Source: Rubripirellula sp.
GTDB lineage: Bacteria; Planctomycetota; Planctomycetia; Pirellulales; Pirellulaceae
Reading direction: 5' to 3'
Assembly (NCBI GenBank): GCA_965216875.1
Contig: OZ244207.1
Location: forward strand, 6,816,001-6,880,000
Length of the DNA stretch: 64,000 nucleotides
Part shown: piece by piece, positions 39,326-49,177 of the stretch
Layout: each line of letters opens with the position of its first letter
Numbering within the stretch: position 1 is the stretch's first letter
Notes under the pieces: generated by a model
The model's database searches: none
Told to the model about the DNA's origin: nothing
What the model saw: the letters and a program-made list of their open reading frames with translations, nothing else
Position numbers and translations under genes: made by a program

Positions 39326-39870
39326 TTCGACACCTCACGCTTTTCACGCGCCGACTTTAGTTCATCACGAATCTCTCGCAACAGATCGGTCGCTTCACCT
39401 GCGCTCGTTGCTTCGGATTCTTGATCGCCACTCTTTGCACCGCGCATCCGCGAGTAAAGGAAATCGCGCAGTGGCTCGGGATCGCGAATGCCCTCGATCC
39501 GCATGGTGGCTCCGGTTGACCCTGACGCTGTTTGGATTGGCAATTTCGCTAACCCCATCCAACGCTCGATGATGTTTCGGGTGACATGAATGTCTTGAAG
39601 CCGGCCGTACGTCAGGTAGATCTCGCGTCGGAAGAAAAAGCCCCAGCACATCGAGACACCTGATTCGTCAAACCGGTACCGCATCGTCTTGAACCGAATC
39701 AGTAGCGGGACGAACACGAACGGAAACGCAACCACCGTCAAGAGCGAGACGATGAAGTAATAGACGAGCAACGAATCGTCCGGCCGCGTGATTTGCGACG
39801 GGTCGATGGGGCGTGCCTTTTCGTCTTCAGTTCGTTCAGCAGTCATGGCGAATGTGGTGTCGGTAGACAT
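39322..39870 (-). CDS. bPH_2 (YdbS-like) membrane protein
   Basis: TM helix; WGFFFRREIYLTYGRLQDIHV, IQTASG; 4-bp overlap with the downstream paralogue. Confidence 0.88.
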   Translation of the reverse strand: MSTDTTFAMTAERTEDEKARPIDPSQITRPDDSLLVYYFIVSLLTVVAFPFVFVPLLIRFKTMRYRFDESGVSMCWGFFFRREIYLTYGRLQDIHVTRNIIERWMGLAKLPIQTASGSTGATMRIEGIRDPEPLRDFLYSRMRGAKSGDQESEATSAGEATDLLREIRDELKSAREKREVSK

Positions 39871-40094
39871 GAGGCAGTCACAACGATTGAGTTTCTAGGT
39901 TTTGCAGATTGTGGCGTGTCCGCTGACGTTTCGTACTCGAAGCGAGAGTCTTGGCCGCAAAATCTCAGGAAACAGGCGCTATTTTTCAAACAGGTTTTGG
40001 ACTTTGACCGGCCGCGTGCGAGTTGGACGCGATCTAGAATGGCGAAGGTTTTTCGTCACCCTGCCTATGACCGACTAGACACAAAGCGAACACC

Positions 40095-42494
40095 ATGGAT
40101 CACTCTGTCTCGCGATTTCGTCTCAAAAACTGCCTCGTTGCCTGTTTGACCTTGTTCGTGACATCTGCAGTTTGCGTCGCCGCTCCGCAGGATTCTAATC
40201 CAACTCAAGCAGCAAACGCGTCAGACTACTCCGATGCGGTCGAAAGGCTTTCGGAGGCGATTCGCTTCGAAGTGGAATCGAAAGACCTGCCGGCGTTTTC
40301 GATCGCCTTGGTTGACAATGACACGATCGTTTGGGCCGAGGGATTCGGTTTTGAGGATCCACAGCAAAGTCGGCCTGCCACCGCCGACACGGTGTATCGC
40401 GTTGGTTCGGTTTCAAAACTGTTCACCGACATTGCGGCGTTATCCCTGGCCGAACAAGGCAAGGTTGACTTAGACGCTCCCGTGCAAACCTACTTGCCTA
40501 ACTTCAAACCCAACAATCCTTTTGACATTCCGATCACTTTGCGTCAGCTCATGTCGCATCAGAGTGGCTTGGTTCGAGAGTCGCCCGTTGGCAACTATTT
40601 TGATCCGACTGAGCCGACGCTCGATGCAACGGTAGAGAGTTTGAACAAGACTTCCCTCGTCTATCGGCCGCAGACAAGAACCAAATACTCCAATGCGGCG
40701 ATTGCGGTCGTCGGGGCCGTGCTTGAAAGTCAACGGGACGAATCGCATCCGGAATATGTGAAACGCACAATCCTTGAACCGCTTGGGATGGATCACAGCG
40801 GGTTTGTGATTGATGCGCGGATCAAACCAAGTCTGGCGACGGGGTGGATGCGAACTTATGACGATCGCAAGTTTGAAGCTCCCGGTTTTTTGCTCGGTAC
40901 CGGCCCGGCTGGCAACCTGTACGCAAGCATGAACGACCTGGGCAAGTTCTTGATCTGTTTGCTTGGAGAGGGAGCCGTCGACGGAAAGCAAATCGTCAAC
41001 GCCGAAACACTTAAAGAGATGATGACGCCGATTCGCAACGCCGACGGGATCGAGCAGGGATTTGGCCTCGGGTTTCACATCCAAAGCCTCGACGGCTACA
41101 AAAAGGTTGGCCACGGTGGTGCAGTCTATGGGTTTTCGACTCAGCTCGAGGCACTTCCCGGGCGCAAACTCGGTGTGGCTGCATCCACTTCGCTTGACGT
41201 CACCAACGGGATTGTTGGACGACTGTCCAACTATGCGTTGCGGTTGATGATGGCGGCACAGGATGGAAAGGAGTTGCCGGAATACGTCACGTCCGATTCC
41301 GTTCCCAATCAACGAGGTGTGGAGTTGTTGGGGACTTACCGGGACGCCGAGACAGGTCGGTTCGCAAGAGTGACCGAGTATGCGGGAGATTTCCATCTCC
41401 GCCGGGGGACCTTTCGTTATCGCTTGGGGGCTGCTTCGAAAACGGGTGATCTTCTGATTGATGATCCGACGGACTTTGGCCGCTCAGTCAAGCTTGTTGA
41501 GGGCGATCGATTGCAAGTCGGTTCAGACATCTTCGTCCGCAGCGATGATGAGCCGCCAGCAGCGCCGCCTGAGCATTGGCGAGGTTTGATCGGTGAATAT
41601 GGGTGGGACCACAACACGCTGTACATCTTGGAAGAGAATGGAAAGCTCTACGCGTTGATTGAGTGGTTCTTTCACTATCCATTAACGGAAATCGATGCCA
41701 ACACTTTTGCGTTTCCAGACTACGGTCTTTATCACGGCGAAAAGCTTAAGTTTGTTCGTGACGCAAACGGCAATGCCACCGAGGTCACGGCTGCCGAGGT
41801 CAAGTTTGTTCGCCGCGAGGTGGGGACAAAGAATGGTGAGACGTTCAAAATCGATCCGATCAAACCGATCGAAGAGTTGCGGGTGACTTCACGCCAAGCG
41901 AGTCCGCCGGCCGAGGAAGGTGACTTCCGTGAATCGGAACTCGTTGACTTGGTGAAAGTGGATCCCGCTATCAAGCTCGATGTGCGATACGCGACGACAA
42001 ACAATTTCATGGGGGCTGTTTTCTATAAGCAACCCAGAGCTTTTATGCAGCGTCCTGCGGCACTGGCGCTCGCCAAAGTGAATCAACGACTTGCCAAACG
42101 CGGTCTCGGCTTGTTGGTCCACGATGCCTACCGACCCTGGTACGTGACCAAAATGTTCTGGGATGCGACCCCGTCGTCGATGAAAGATTTTGTTGCGAAC
42201 CCCGCAAATGGTTCGCGGCACAACCGCGGCTGCGCCGTCGACCTTACCCTTTATGATCGCGCGAGCGGTGAGCCAATCGAAATGGTCGCCGGCTACGATG
42301 AGTTCTCGCCCCGTTCATTCCCGAGATACCCTGGCGGCACATCGCAGCAACGGTGGTACCGCCAGTTGCTGCGCGAGTCGATGGAGGCCGAAGGGTTTGC
42401 AATTTACGAATACGAATGGTGGCACTTTGACTACAAAGATTGGCGCAAGTACCGGATCGGAAATCTAACTTTCGAAGAGATCGATCCGAACTGA
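40095..42494 (+). CDS. Secreted serine hydrolase (beta-lactamase/PBP fold) fused to M15 D-Ala-D-Ala dipeptidase
   Basis: GSVSK, KYSN, GHGG; C-terminal RYATTNNF, DAYRPW, SRHNRGCAVD, EWWHF. Confidence 0.92.
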   Translation: MDHSVSRFRLKNCLVACLTLFVTSAVCVAAPQDSNPTQAANASDYSDAVERLSEAIRFEVESKDLPAFSIALVDNDTIVWAEGFGFEDPQQSRPATADTVYRVGSVSKLFTDIAALSLAEQGKVDLDAPVQTYLPNFKPNNPFDIPITLRQLMSHQSGLVRESPVGNYFDPTEPTLDATVESLNKTSLVYRPQTRTKYSNAAIAVVGAVLESQRDESHPEYVKRTILEPLGMDHSGFVIDARIKPSLATGWMRTYDDRKFEAPGFLLGTGPAGNLYASMNDLGKFLICLLGEGAVDGKQIVNAETLKEMMTPIRNADGIEQGFGLGFHIQSLDGYKKVGHGGAVYGFSTQLEALPGRKLGVAASTSLDVTNGIVGRLSNYALRLMMAAQDGKELPEYVTSDSVPNQRGVELLGTYRDAETGRFARVTEYAGDFHLRRGTFRYRLGAASKTGDLLIDDPTDFGRSVKLVEGDRLQVGSDIFVRSDDEPPAAPPEHWRGLIGEYGWDHNTLYILEENGKLYALIEWFFHYPLTEIDANTFAFPDYGLYHGEKLKFVRDANGNATEVTAAEVKFVRREVGTKNGETFKIDPIKPIEELRVTSRQASPPAEEGDFRESELVDLVKVDPAIKLDVRYATTNNFMGAVFYKQPRAFMQRPAALALAKVNQRLAKRGLGLLVHDAYRPWYVTKMFWDATPSSMKDFVANPANGSRHNRGCAVDLTLYDRASGEPIEMVAGYDEFSPRSFPRYPGGTSQQRWYRQLLRESMEAEGFAIYEYEWWHFDYKDWRKYRIGNLTFEEIDPN

Positions 42495-42510
42495 TTCAAT
42501 CAGGTCAAGG

Positions 42511-42891
42511 TTACGCGGATTTCTGCGACGACCAATGCTTGTTCGCATTGGCGATGCACTTAGCCTCGTCCCCGTTGTTCCAAAGTTCAAGCGCGTCGGT
42601 GTCATCGTTTTTCAAGAAGAGATGCAGTCGACCGTCGATGATTTTGAAATTGCACGGGCATGGTTCAAAGTCCTTCTCAATCGACATCCCGAAGGCGCAG
42701 CGCCCGTCATACGCGGGCAGGTAACGCTCAGGGTTCTTTTCGAACTCTGCCTTCGCGTCGGCGTTGACGAAATGATAGAGGCGACCATGGTGCACGACAG
42801 CGTGCTCGGCATCGCCTTTGAGTGGTTCGCCAACGGCAAAGTAGGCGACGGGGCAGTAGCCTTGGATTTCGGGAGACATTTGGTTGTTCAT
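42511..42891 (-). CDS. YHS-domain (seleno)protein family member, Cys form
   Basis: GYCPVAYF, FEKNPERYLPAYDGRCAFG, KIIDGRLHLF, ANKHW; start ATG 42891. Confidence 0.85.
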   Translation of the reverse strand: MNNQMSPEIQGYCPVAYFAVGEPLKGDAEHAVVHHGRLYHFVNADAKAEFEKNPERYLPAYDGRCAFGMSIEKDFEPCPCNFKIIDGRLHLFLKNDDTDALELWNNGDEAKCIANANKHWSSQKSA

Positions 42892-42943
42892 ATTGATGGT
42901 TCCTGGTTTTCGTTTGGGAGGTCTGGCGTTGTTGTTGAAAGGG

Positions 42944-43561
42944 TTATTTGGCAATTCGCGCCTTTGCAGATCGCAAGACGGGATAGGTGTCGGTGAAGAC
43001 GTAGTCTTCGTTTGCGCCCGAATGACATGCGTTGCATGAATCGGTTTCCATCCTCGCTCCGACAGGTTTGTAGTGAGGAGCTTCGCCGAAGCGAAAGAAA
43101 GCCCAACCACCGGGTTCGTCGCTGAACCGATTGGTATCTTTGACCATCGCTTCAAGACTTTGGAAGTCTCCCTGGAAGTAGCCGTTGCCGCTGTCCATCG
43201 CCTTGCTTCCGACCGAGACAAGTTCCTTTAGGATCACGGTGCCGTTGGGGAACTCGCCCGTCTGTTTGTAGGACGCATAGCTCGCTGGATCGATGTAGAC
43301 GTTGTGGAACTCGGGGAAGGCGGCGCTGCCGTCGTTCATGTCGTTCGGGGTGACTGGGGCGCCGACAAACACCCATTCGTGATGGTCGTCAGGACGCAGC
43401 AGTTGGCCACTGGCGTTGTAGTTGGCGTACGTGCGTTTGGACTCGGCCGGTGATGCGGCATCGGCAACGCCAAAGGATTGGGGAGACCCACATCCAAACA
43501 TTGCAAGAGGCAACGCGATTGCCCCTAGCAACAAGACGGCTCCGATTCGGAAACGTTTCAT
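42944..43561 (-). CDS. Cytochrome P460 family lipoprotein
   Basis: GGAGAA RBS, lipobox MFGC, EWVFVG..VTPND, GTVILKEL, GNGYF, SLEAMVKD, GWAFF, CNACH, VFTDTYPVLR. Confidence 0.92.
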   Translation of the reverse strand: MKRFRIGAVLLLGAIALPLAMFGCGSPQSFGVADAASPAESKRTYANYNASGQLLRPDDHHEWVFVGAPVTPNDMNDGSAAFPEFHNVYIDPASYASYKQTGEFPNGTVILKELVSVGSKAMDSGNGYFQGDFQSLEAMVKDTNRFSDEPGGWAFFRFGEAPHYKPVGARMETDSCNACHSGANEDYVFTDTYPVLRSAKARIAK

Positions 43562-43633
43562 TGCGACTTTTCTCCGTCGTTTGATTGGTTCGACCAGCAA
43601 ACCACCGTTGGCTCGCTGGTATGACAATCGCAA

Positions 43634-43650
43634 TGCATGAGCTGTGCCAG
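43634..43650 (-). promoter_or_regulatory. Sigma-54 -24/-12 promoter for the P460-YHS operon
   Basis: CTGGCACAGCTCATGCA: GG-N10-GC spacing exact, ~75 bp upstream of start. Confidence 0.8.
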
Positions 43651-43739
43651 ATTCGCCGGCGTGATTTCGAAACGGACGTAAGTCGCCTTGCGTCAATGGG
43701 TTATGCGAATGGGTGAGCTGGCGGACGCAATTGATCAAA

Positions 43740-43773
43740 CGCCATATATCGCATGTCGATGCGAGATATCGCA
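43740..43773. promoter_or_regulatory. Putative enhancer-binding sites (TGCGAGATATCGCA palindrome plus degenerate copy)
   Basis: cgccatatatcgca 43740-43753 and tgcgagatatcgca 43760-43773, ~100 bp upstream of the -24 box. Confidence 0.55.
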
Positions 43774-43797
43774 TTCCAACGCTCCTGTGAGATAAAC

Positions 43798-45342
43798 ATG
43801 ACTGCTCTCCCAATGGCCGAGTCCAATGCGGATTTGGATACGACGCTTCGGTCGATCATGGAAGGAACCGCCGGTGCAAGCGGTGATCGCTTTTTTCGAT
43901 CGCTCGTTCAATACTTGGCGATCTCGCTGGGAGCGAAGGCTTCGTTCATTGCCCAATTCAACGCGGATCGCAGCCAAGTCCAAACGCTTGCTGTGTGGAT
44001 TGGCCAACAGCATGTTCCGAATTTTGATTTCGACATCAACGGAACGCCCTGCCAACAGGTGCTTGATGGTGGAATCCTGCATTTCCCCCAAGAGATTCAG
44101 GATACGTTTCCAGAGAACGGTCTACTGCGTCAGCTCGACGCGCAGAGTTATCTGGCGATTCCAATGACCAACAATCTTGGCGAGGTGGTTGGTCATTTGG
44201 CTGTGATCGATGACAAGCCGATGAAAGCCGATGAGCGTGAACTGTCGATCTTTCATATTTTTGCAGCCCGCGCGACGGCAGAGTTGATTCGACGCCGAAC
44301 GGAACGCGCGCTCAACGATAGTCGGCAACGTGAGGAGCGGCTGCGGAATGAACAAAAACGAATGGAAGCGGAAGTCGCTTACTTGAAAGAGGAGTTGCGA
44401 GGACGTGGCGAGTTCGCCGAGATCGTTGGCGAGAGCGACGGCATTTGGAAAGTGCTGCGGAACATTGATATGGTCGCGCCAACCGATAGCACGGTCTTGA
44501 TTTTAGGCGAGACGGGAACGGGCAAGGAATTGGTGGCCCGGGCAATTCACAAAAACAGCCGTCGAAGCAATGGCCCTTTTGTTCGCGTCAATTGCGCCGC
44601 TCTGCCTGAGTCACTTCTTGAAAGCGAGCTTTTTGGGCACGAACAAGGTGCATTCACTGGTGCCACCGGAAAACGGACCGGACGTTTTGAGCTGGCTGAT
44701 GGCGGAACCATTTTTTTGGATGAGATTGGTGAAATGCCGCCTGCCGCTCAAGCGAGGCTGTTGCGCGTTCTGCAAGAGCAAGAACTCGAACGTGTTGGCA
44801 GCAGTCAGACGATACGCGTTGACACACGCGTGATTGCGGCCACGAATCGAGACTTATTGCAGATGTCAGAAGAGGGAGAGTTCCGCGACGATCTGTTTTA
44901 TCGACTGAACGTTTTCCCGATTAGCATCCCGCCACTTCGCCAACGCAAAGAGGATATTCCGACGCTTGTTCAGTCCTTCATTACGAAGCTGTCAAAACGA
45001 CTTGGGCGTCGAATCGAAAACGTTCCACAGCAGGTTATCGATGGCTTGCAGCAGTACCATTGGGCCGGCAACGTTCGCGAACTTGAAAACGTCATTGAAC
45101 GAGCAATGATCCTTAGCTCGGGCGACGAACTGGTGTTGCCAGCTGGTTTTGCGCCGGAACGAGCAAAACGGCAAGACGACTTGCCGCTTCGTTCGCTTGC
45201 CGAAGTCGAATCCGATCATATAAAGTCGGTGTTGAAACACACCGGTGGTGTGATCGCCGGCCCCAGTGGTGCAGCAGCGATACTCGCCATGAATCCAAGT
45301 ACGCTACGCAGTCGGATCGAGAAGCTTGGGATCACGACGTAA
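43798..45342 (+). CDS. Sigma-54-dependent activator, GAF + AAA+ + HTH (FhlA/NorR-like architecture)
   Basis: GAF with [41 protein letters not shown]-terminal HTH. Confidence 0.93.
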   Translation: MTALPMAESNADLDTTLRSIMEGTAGASGDRFFRSLVQYLAISLGAKASFIAQFNADRSQVQTLAVWIGQQHVPNFDFDINGTPCQQVLDGGILHFPQEIQDTFPENGLLRQLDAQSYLAIPMTNNLGEVVGHLAVIDDKPMKADERELSIFHIFAARATAELIRRRTERALNDSRQREERLRNEQKRMEAEVAYLKEELRGRGEFAEIVGESDGIWKVLRNIDMVAPTDSTVLILGETGTGKELVARAIHKNSRRSNGPFVRVNCAALPESLLESELFGHEQGAFTGATGKRTGRFELADGGTIFLDEIGEMPPAAQARLLRVLQEQELERVGSSQTIRVDTRVIAATNRDLLQMSEEGEFRDDLFYRLNVFPISIPPLRQRKEDIPTLVQSFITKLSKRLGRRIENVPQQVIDGLQQYHWAGNVRELENVIERAMILSSGDELVLPAGFAPERAKRQDDLPLRSLAEVESDHIKSVLKHTGGVIAGPSGAAAILAMNPSTLRSRIEKLGITT

Positions 45343-45348
45343 AGAAGT

Positions 45349-48042
45349 TCACTGAGCACCCAACTTCGATTTCAACTCAGCCAATTTCGAGTCGTTTGTG
45401 AATAGGTAGTCTTGTTGCGCCTGATAGGCGTCAGCGCGTTGCTGCATGAGCTTCTGAAACGCCGGTGAATCTTTTTCCTGTTCACGTAATTGCGCTTTCC
45501 GTCGCCTCAATTCGTCGAGGTCGACAAAAACCTCTGGGTAAGCCTTCTCGAGTCGCGACTGGGCGGCGTTGCTCGCTTCGACGAGACGCATGTATTGGTT
45601 CGACGCTGAATGTTTGCGGCGGAGCAATTCGATCTCGCGTTTGCGCCGACTCTCTGGCAGTTCGGCTACTTGGGGAGATTGTTCTACCAGAAACGCCTCG
45701 ATGGCTCGTTTGGCACGGTACGTCGCAAACAAGAGCTCTTTGAAGTCCGCGTCGTTCTTCAATCGTTCCTCGCGAACTTTGTGAATGGCTTTCTGTTCTT
45801 CTTTTTGAGTGCGAAAGATCTCGGGATAGCGACGTTTCTTTTCGTCATCCCATTGCTCGACTCGCCGAACAAGCCCGCGATACTTTGCGTCGCGTTGATA
45901 GAACCAATCATGAGCGTTGGTCAGCTGAATTTGATAGGCTTCCGCAATCGACTTGGCGACTGGGAAACGGTTTTCGAGTTGGTGGACTTTCGTGAGAGCT
46001 TCTTCAAAGTCCCTGTTCTTGGCGACGGAGAATATTTGTACGTCGTCAAACGACGCTGTCCCCTCGTCTACCTGGAACGCAAAGTAGGTGCGCTGCTTGT
46101 TGATGATGGGGTGGTGGGCAACGACGACGTGATCGGGATCGAGGTGCGCGATGCAGCGATCTTCGACAAACTCGACCGTCATCGAGTACCACGTTCCGGG
46201 TTGGAAATCGAAGGCACATTCGCTGTGTCGAAAGCTGAAATAGCGGTCGCTTGCGTTTGGGCCAGCGCCGCCCGTCGGTCCCGATTCGTCTTTCGCCGTC
46301 TGGAGATAGAAATGGTCTGGGTGAATGTGAAGCACCGTGTTGTACGGTCCTGAGGCGCCGGTCAAAAAGCGAATGTTCTTTGACGTGTCAAAGCGAAAGC
46401 TAAACCGAATGATTGCATCACGGAGTTTGGTGTCCCTCAGAAAGATACGACGGCTTTGATTGTCACCAGCGCCTCGGACGAGGTGATCGGATTCGACCGA
46501 CCAATGTTCGCTGAAGAACCATCGCTCGTTTGCTTGGCCTGAGGCAAAATGGTCGGCGAATAGGAGTTGCCGCTTCTGGACGAGTTGCGGCGGTGAGGGT
46601 GCAATTGCACCGGTCTCGGCTTGCCAGCTCGTGAGGTTCTGCTGCAGTCGCTTGACGACGGCCGGGTGTTTGTCGGCAACGTTGTTCGTTTCAGAAGGGT
46701 CGGAATCGATGGCGAACAACTGAGGGGGGGCACCGTCGAACCGCTCGATGAGCTTCCAGTTGCCGGCGCGAATCGCGGCACCCGAGATGCCACCCAGAAA
46801 GTGGGGGCGGTCGAGTGGATAGTGCCAATAAAACTCTCGTGGTGGAGTCGAGGTTGTCGGCGCTTTCCAAGAGGTCAACGTTGATTGACCATCGAGCGTA
46901 TGAGTCGGTTCGACCTGCATCCCGGTAGCTTCAAGCAGCGTTGGATAAAGGTCGAGGTTGGTTGTTGGATGATCGCAAACTACTCCCGACGGAATACGTT
47001 GGGGCCAACGCACGATCATCGGCACGCGGATGCCGCCTTCGTACAGTTCGCTCTTGCCACCTCGGAGCGGCGCATTGGTGGTGACATTGGTTTCGCCACC
47101 GTTATCACTTGTAAAAAGGATGATCGTGTTGTCGGCGATTCCCGATTCCTCTAATTGCTTCATGATCAACCCGACTCCGTCATCGATGCTTTCGATCATC
47201 GCAGCCAAATGCGGATTGTGATCTTTGGCCCAATGGTTCAGAGGGTCGCCCTGAAGACCTTGGTCTTGGCAGAGGTAACAGCGCTGACGCGAGCTTTCTC
47301 CTGGAGGATGCTTTTTTCGGTACTTCTCGACGAGTCCAGGCTTGCCGTTGACGATCGAGTGGGGTGCGTAATGACTTAGCAGCAGGAAGAAAGGTTGATG
47401 GTGGTTTCGTTTGATGAACTCGACCGCTTCGAAGTTCATCCGGTCGACGAGGAATTCGCTTTCACCCAAGCGATTTTCGTCGACATCGAGCCATCGGATC
47501 GGTTGGTCTCGAAAAACGTAGGGCCAGAAATTTGCGCCGTTGCCGACCCCTTTCACTTCGCTGGCAAGGTTCCAATCAAAACCATGATCCGTTGGGCGGG
47601 TTGGGTTGGGGGCGCCGTGATACGCGTATCCCGAAAGGTGCCACTTACCGATCATTCCAGTGCGGTAGCCGTGGTCACGAAACCGCTGCGCAAGGGTTAC
47701 CTGCTGGGTCGAAAGGCCGTTGGCGGAATTGGGACGCAGGTAGTCGGTGATTCCGACTCGTGCCGGATGTTGTCCGGTTAATAGCGCGGCACGGTAAGGC
47801 GAACAAACAGGAGCGGGAGCATAGGCTGATGTGAACCGAACACCATCGGTTGCGAGCCGGTTCAGATGAGGCGTTTCGTGGAACGTGTTTCCATAACAAG
47901 CCAACTCGCTCCAGCCCAAGTCGTCGGCGAGGACGATGATCACGTTCGGACGCGCGGTCGGCTTTTCCCCGAGGCAAACTGGCGTGTATTGAATCCATAC
48001 CGTGACCGTCAGCAAACAGAGTAGAAGGCAGGAGCGATTCAC
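45349..48042 (-). CDS. Sulfatase with ~400-aa C-terminal extension
   Basis: PNVIIVLADDLG, APVCSPYR, GKWHL, TSDNGG, YEGGIRVP; then beta-sandwich-like and charged helical domains. Confidence 0.9.
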   Translation of the reverse strand: MNRSCLLLCLLTVTVWIQYTPVCLGEKPTARPNVIIVLADDLGWSELACYGNTFHETPHLNRLATDGVRFTSAYAPAPVCSPYRAALLTGQHPARVGITDYLRPNSANGLSTQQVTLAQRFRDHGYRTGMIGKWHLSGYAYHGAPNPTRPTDHGFDWNLASEVKGVGNGANFWPYVFRDQPIRWLDVDENRLGESEFLVDRMNFEAVEFIKRNHHQPFFLLLSHYAPHSIVNGKPGLVEKYRKKHPPGESSRQRCYLCQDQGLQGDPLNHWAKDHNPHLAAMIESIDDGVGLIMKQLEESGIADNTIILFTSDNGGETNVTTNAPLRGGKSELYEGGIRVPMIVRWPQRIPSGVVCDHPTTNLDLYPTLLEATGMQVEPTHTLDGQSTLTSWKAPTTSTPPREFYWHYPLDRPHFLGGISGAAIRAGNWKLIERFDGAPPQLFAIDSDPSETNNVADKHPAVVKRLQQNLTSWQAETGAIAPSPPQLVQKRQLLFADHFASGQANERWFFSEHWSVESDHLVRGAGDNQSRRIFLRDTKLRDAIIRFSFRFDTSKNIRFLTGASGPYNTVLHIHPDHFYLQTAKDESGPTGGAGPNASDRYFSFRHSECAFDFQPGTWYSMTVEFVEDRCIAHLDPDHVVVAHHPIINKQRTYFAFQVDEGTASFDDVQIFSVAKNRDFEEALTKVHQLENRFPVAKSIAEAYQIQLTNAHDWFYQRDAKYRGLVRRVEQWDDEKKRRYPEIFRTQKEEQKAIHKVREERLKNDADFKELLFATYRAKRAIEAFLVEQSPQVAELPESRRKREIELLRRKHSASNQYMRLVEASNAAQSRLEKAYPEVFVDLDELRRRKAQLREQEKDSPAFQKLMQQRADAYQAQQDYLFTNDSKLAELKSKLGAQ

Positions 48043-48194
48043 AGCTGATCTCGTCGTGACGTGGTGGGCGGCAGTGGACGAGGTGGCGAGCCCGTGTTTT
48101 ATGCAAAGTTTTCGAACTCGTTGCTCTGTCCGGCAGACACGATTGTCATCGGTCGATCATCGTGAAACCAGCTCGCCGAGACACTTTGGTACAG

Positions 48195-48683
48195 TCACTC
48201 ACGTGCGTCTGTTTCGTCGGTCTTGAACAGACGCGAATTGGCTCGATCGAACCGAATCGCGCGTTGCAGCAGCCACCAAGGTGGGAGGAACGTGAGTGCC
48301 ACTGCCAGCAGCATAGCAAGGATATGCCAAGGCTGAGGTTGATCGACGACGAGGTCTCCGTAATGCATACTGCCAGGTTCAAACCCTGCAATCACGACGG
48401 CCGCCAAGAGGATGACGGAGATGATGGTCAAAGAGCCGATTAAGCGAGCCAACCCGATGGCGATTCGCAGCTGAAACAGAACCAGCACTCCGAGTAGGCA
48501 GAGCCACATGGGTGACCAGTGCATCGAAGCAGCGCCAAGGCGGATGGATACAACATTCAACGCGATGGCGTGCAGGATTCCTGCGATCACCAACCAACCG
48601 CCCGCCCACGCGTACAAACGTTTTTCGGACCATTGTGTTGGCGCAACCTCAACAGGGTCTGGTGATTCGTAGGGGTTCGCCAA
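48195..48683 (-). CDS. Hypothetical four-TM membrane protein (NPYESP motif)
   Basis: TTG start, four hydrophobic helices. Confidence 0.65.
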   Translation of the reverse strand: MANPYESPDPVEVAPTQWSEKRLYAWAGGWLVIAGILHAIALNVVSIRLGAASMHWSPMWLCLLGVLVLFQLRIAIGLARLIGSLTIISVILLAAVVIAGFEPGSMHYGDLVVDQPQPWHILAMLLAVALTFLPPWWLLQRAIRFDRANSRLFKTDETDARE

Positions 48684-48726
48684 AGCGTGTTTCTTTCATT
48701 CAAAGTGACAAAGCACTCGACTTCAA

Positions 48727-49155
48727 TCAAACCATCGTCGCGAGAACGCTTCGGAGGCGCCGAAGCTCCTCGTCGGGACCGCCATGCCAGGGTGCAATCG
48801 GCACGTGCTGACTCACCTGATTGGGGTGGACCCAGCCGTGATCATCGTCGATGAAAAGGATGTTGTTCCATTCGACGCCTTGGGCACATCGCAAGTCTTT
48901 GTATTCGCCTTGCCAGTCAATGTATTCAACGCGATTTGCAAACGAGCTTGGTGCGTGGCCGTTGTCAGCAAGCTGATCGACGACTTCGCGTGCCGTTTCT
49001 TCGTCGACGGTTGTCAGGAGCGCTACGCGCGGAAACGTCTCGTCGCAATAGGTCAAGAAACGAAGCAAACCAGGCCGCGGATTTGCGCTGAATGCATCGT
49101 CGATCAACGTCGCTTCGAGGTCGAGTGCCAGGAGCTGAATCGGATCATCGCTCAT
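48727..49155 (-). CDS. NIF/FCP1-like HAD-superfamily protein
   Basis: LALDLEATLI, PRPGL..FL, YKDL, LFIDD, PW...DEEL. Confidence 0.75.
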   Translation of the reverse strand: MSDDPIQLLALDLEATLIDDAFSANPRPGLLRFLTYCDETFPRVALLTTVDEETAREVVDQLADNGHAPSSFANRVEYIDWQGEYKDLRCAQGVEWNNILFIDDDHGWVHPNQVSQHVPIAPWHGGPDEELRRLRSVLATMV

Positions 49156-49177
49156 GCATCAAGCATACAACGTTTGG

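Noticed and set aside
40095..42494. Acquired beta-lactam or vancomycin resistance gene
   Set aside because: HGG rather than KTG triad, no vanHA/vanRS or mobile context, host-like composition
42892..43221. N-terminal extension of the YHS ORF and possible selenocysteine recoding
   Set aside because: Extension overlaps the P460 gene in another frame; no in-frame UGA in the YHS domain
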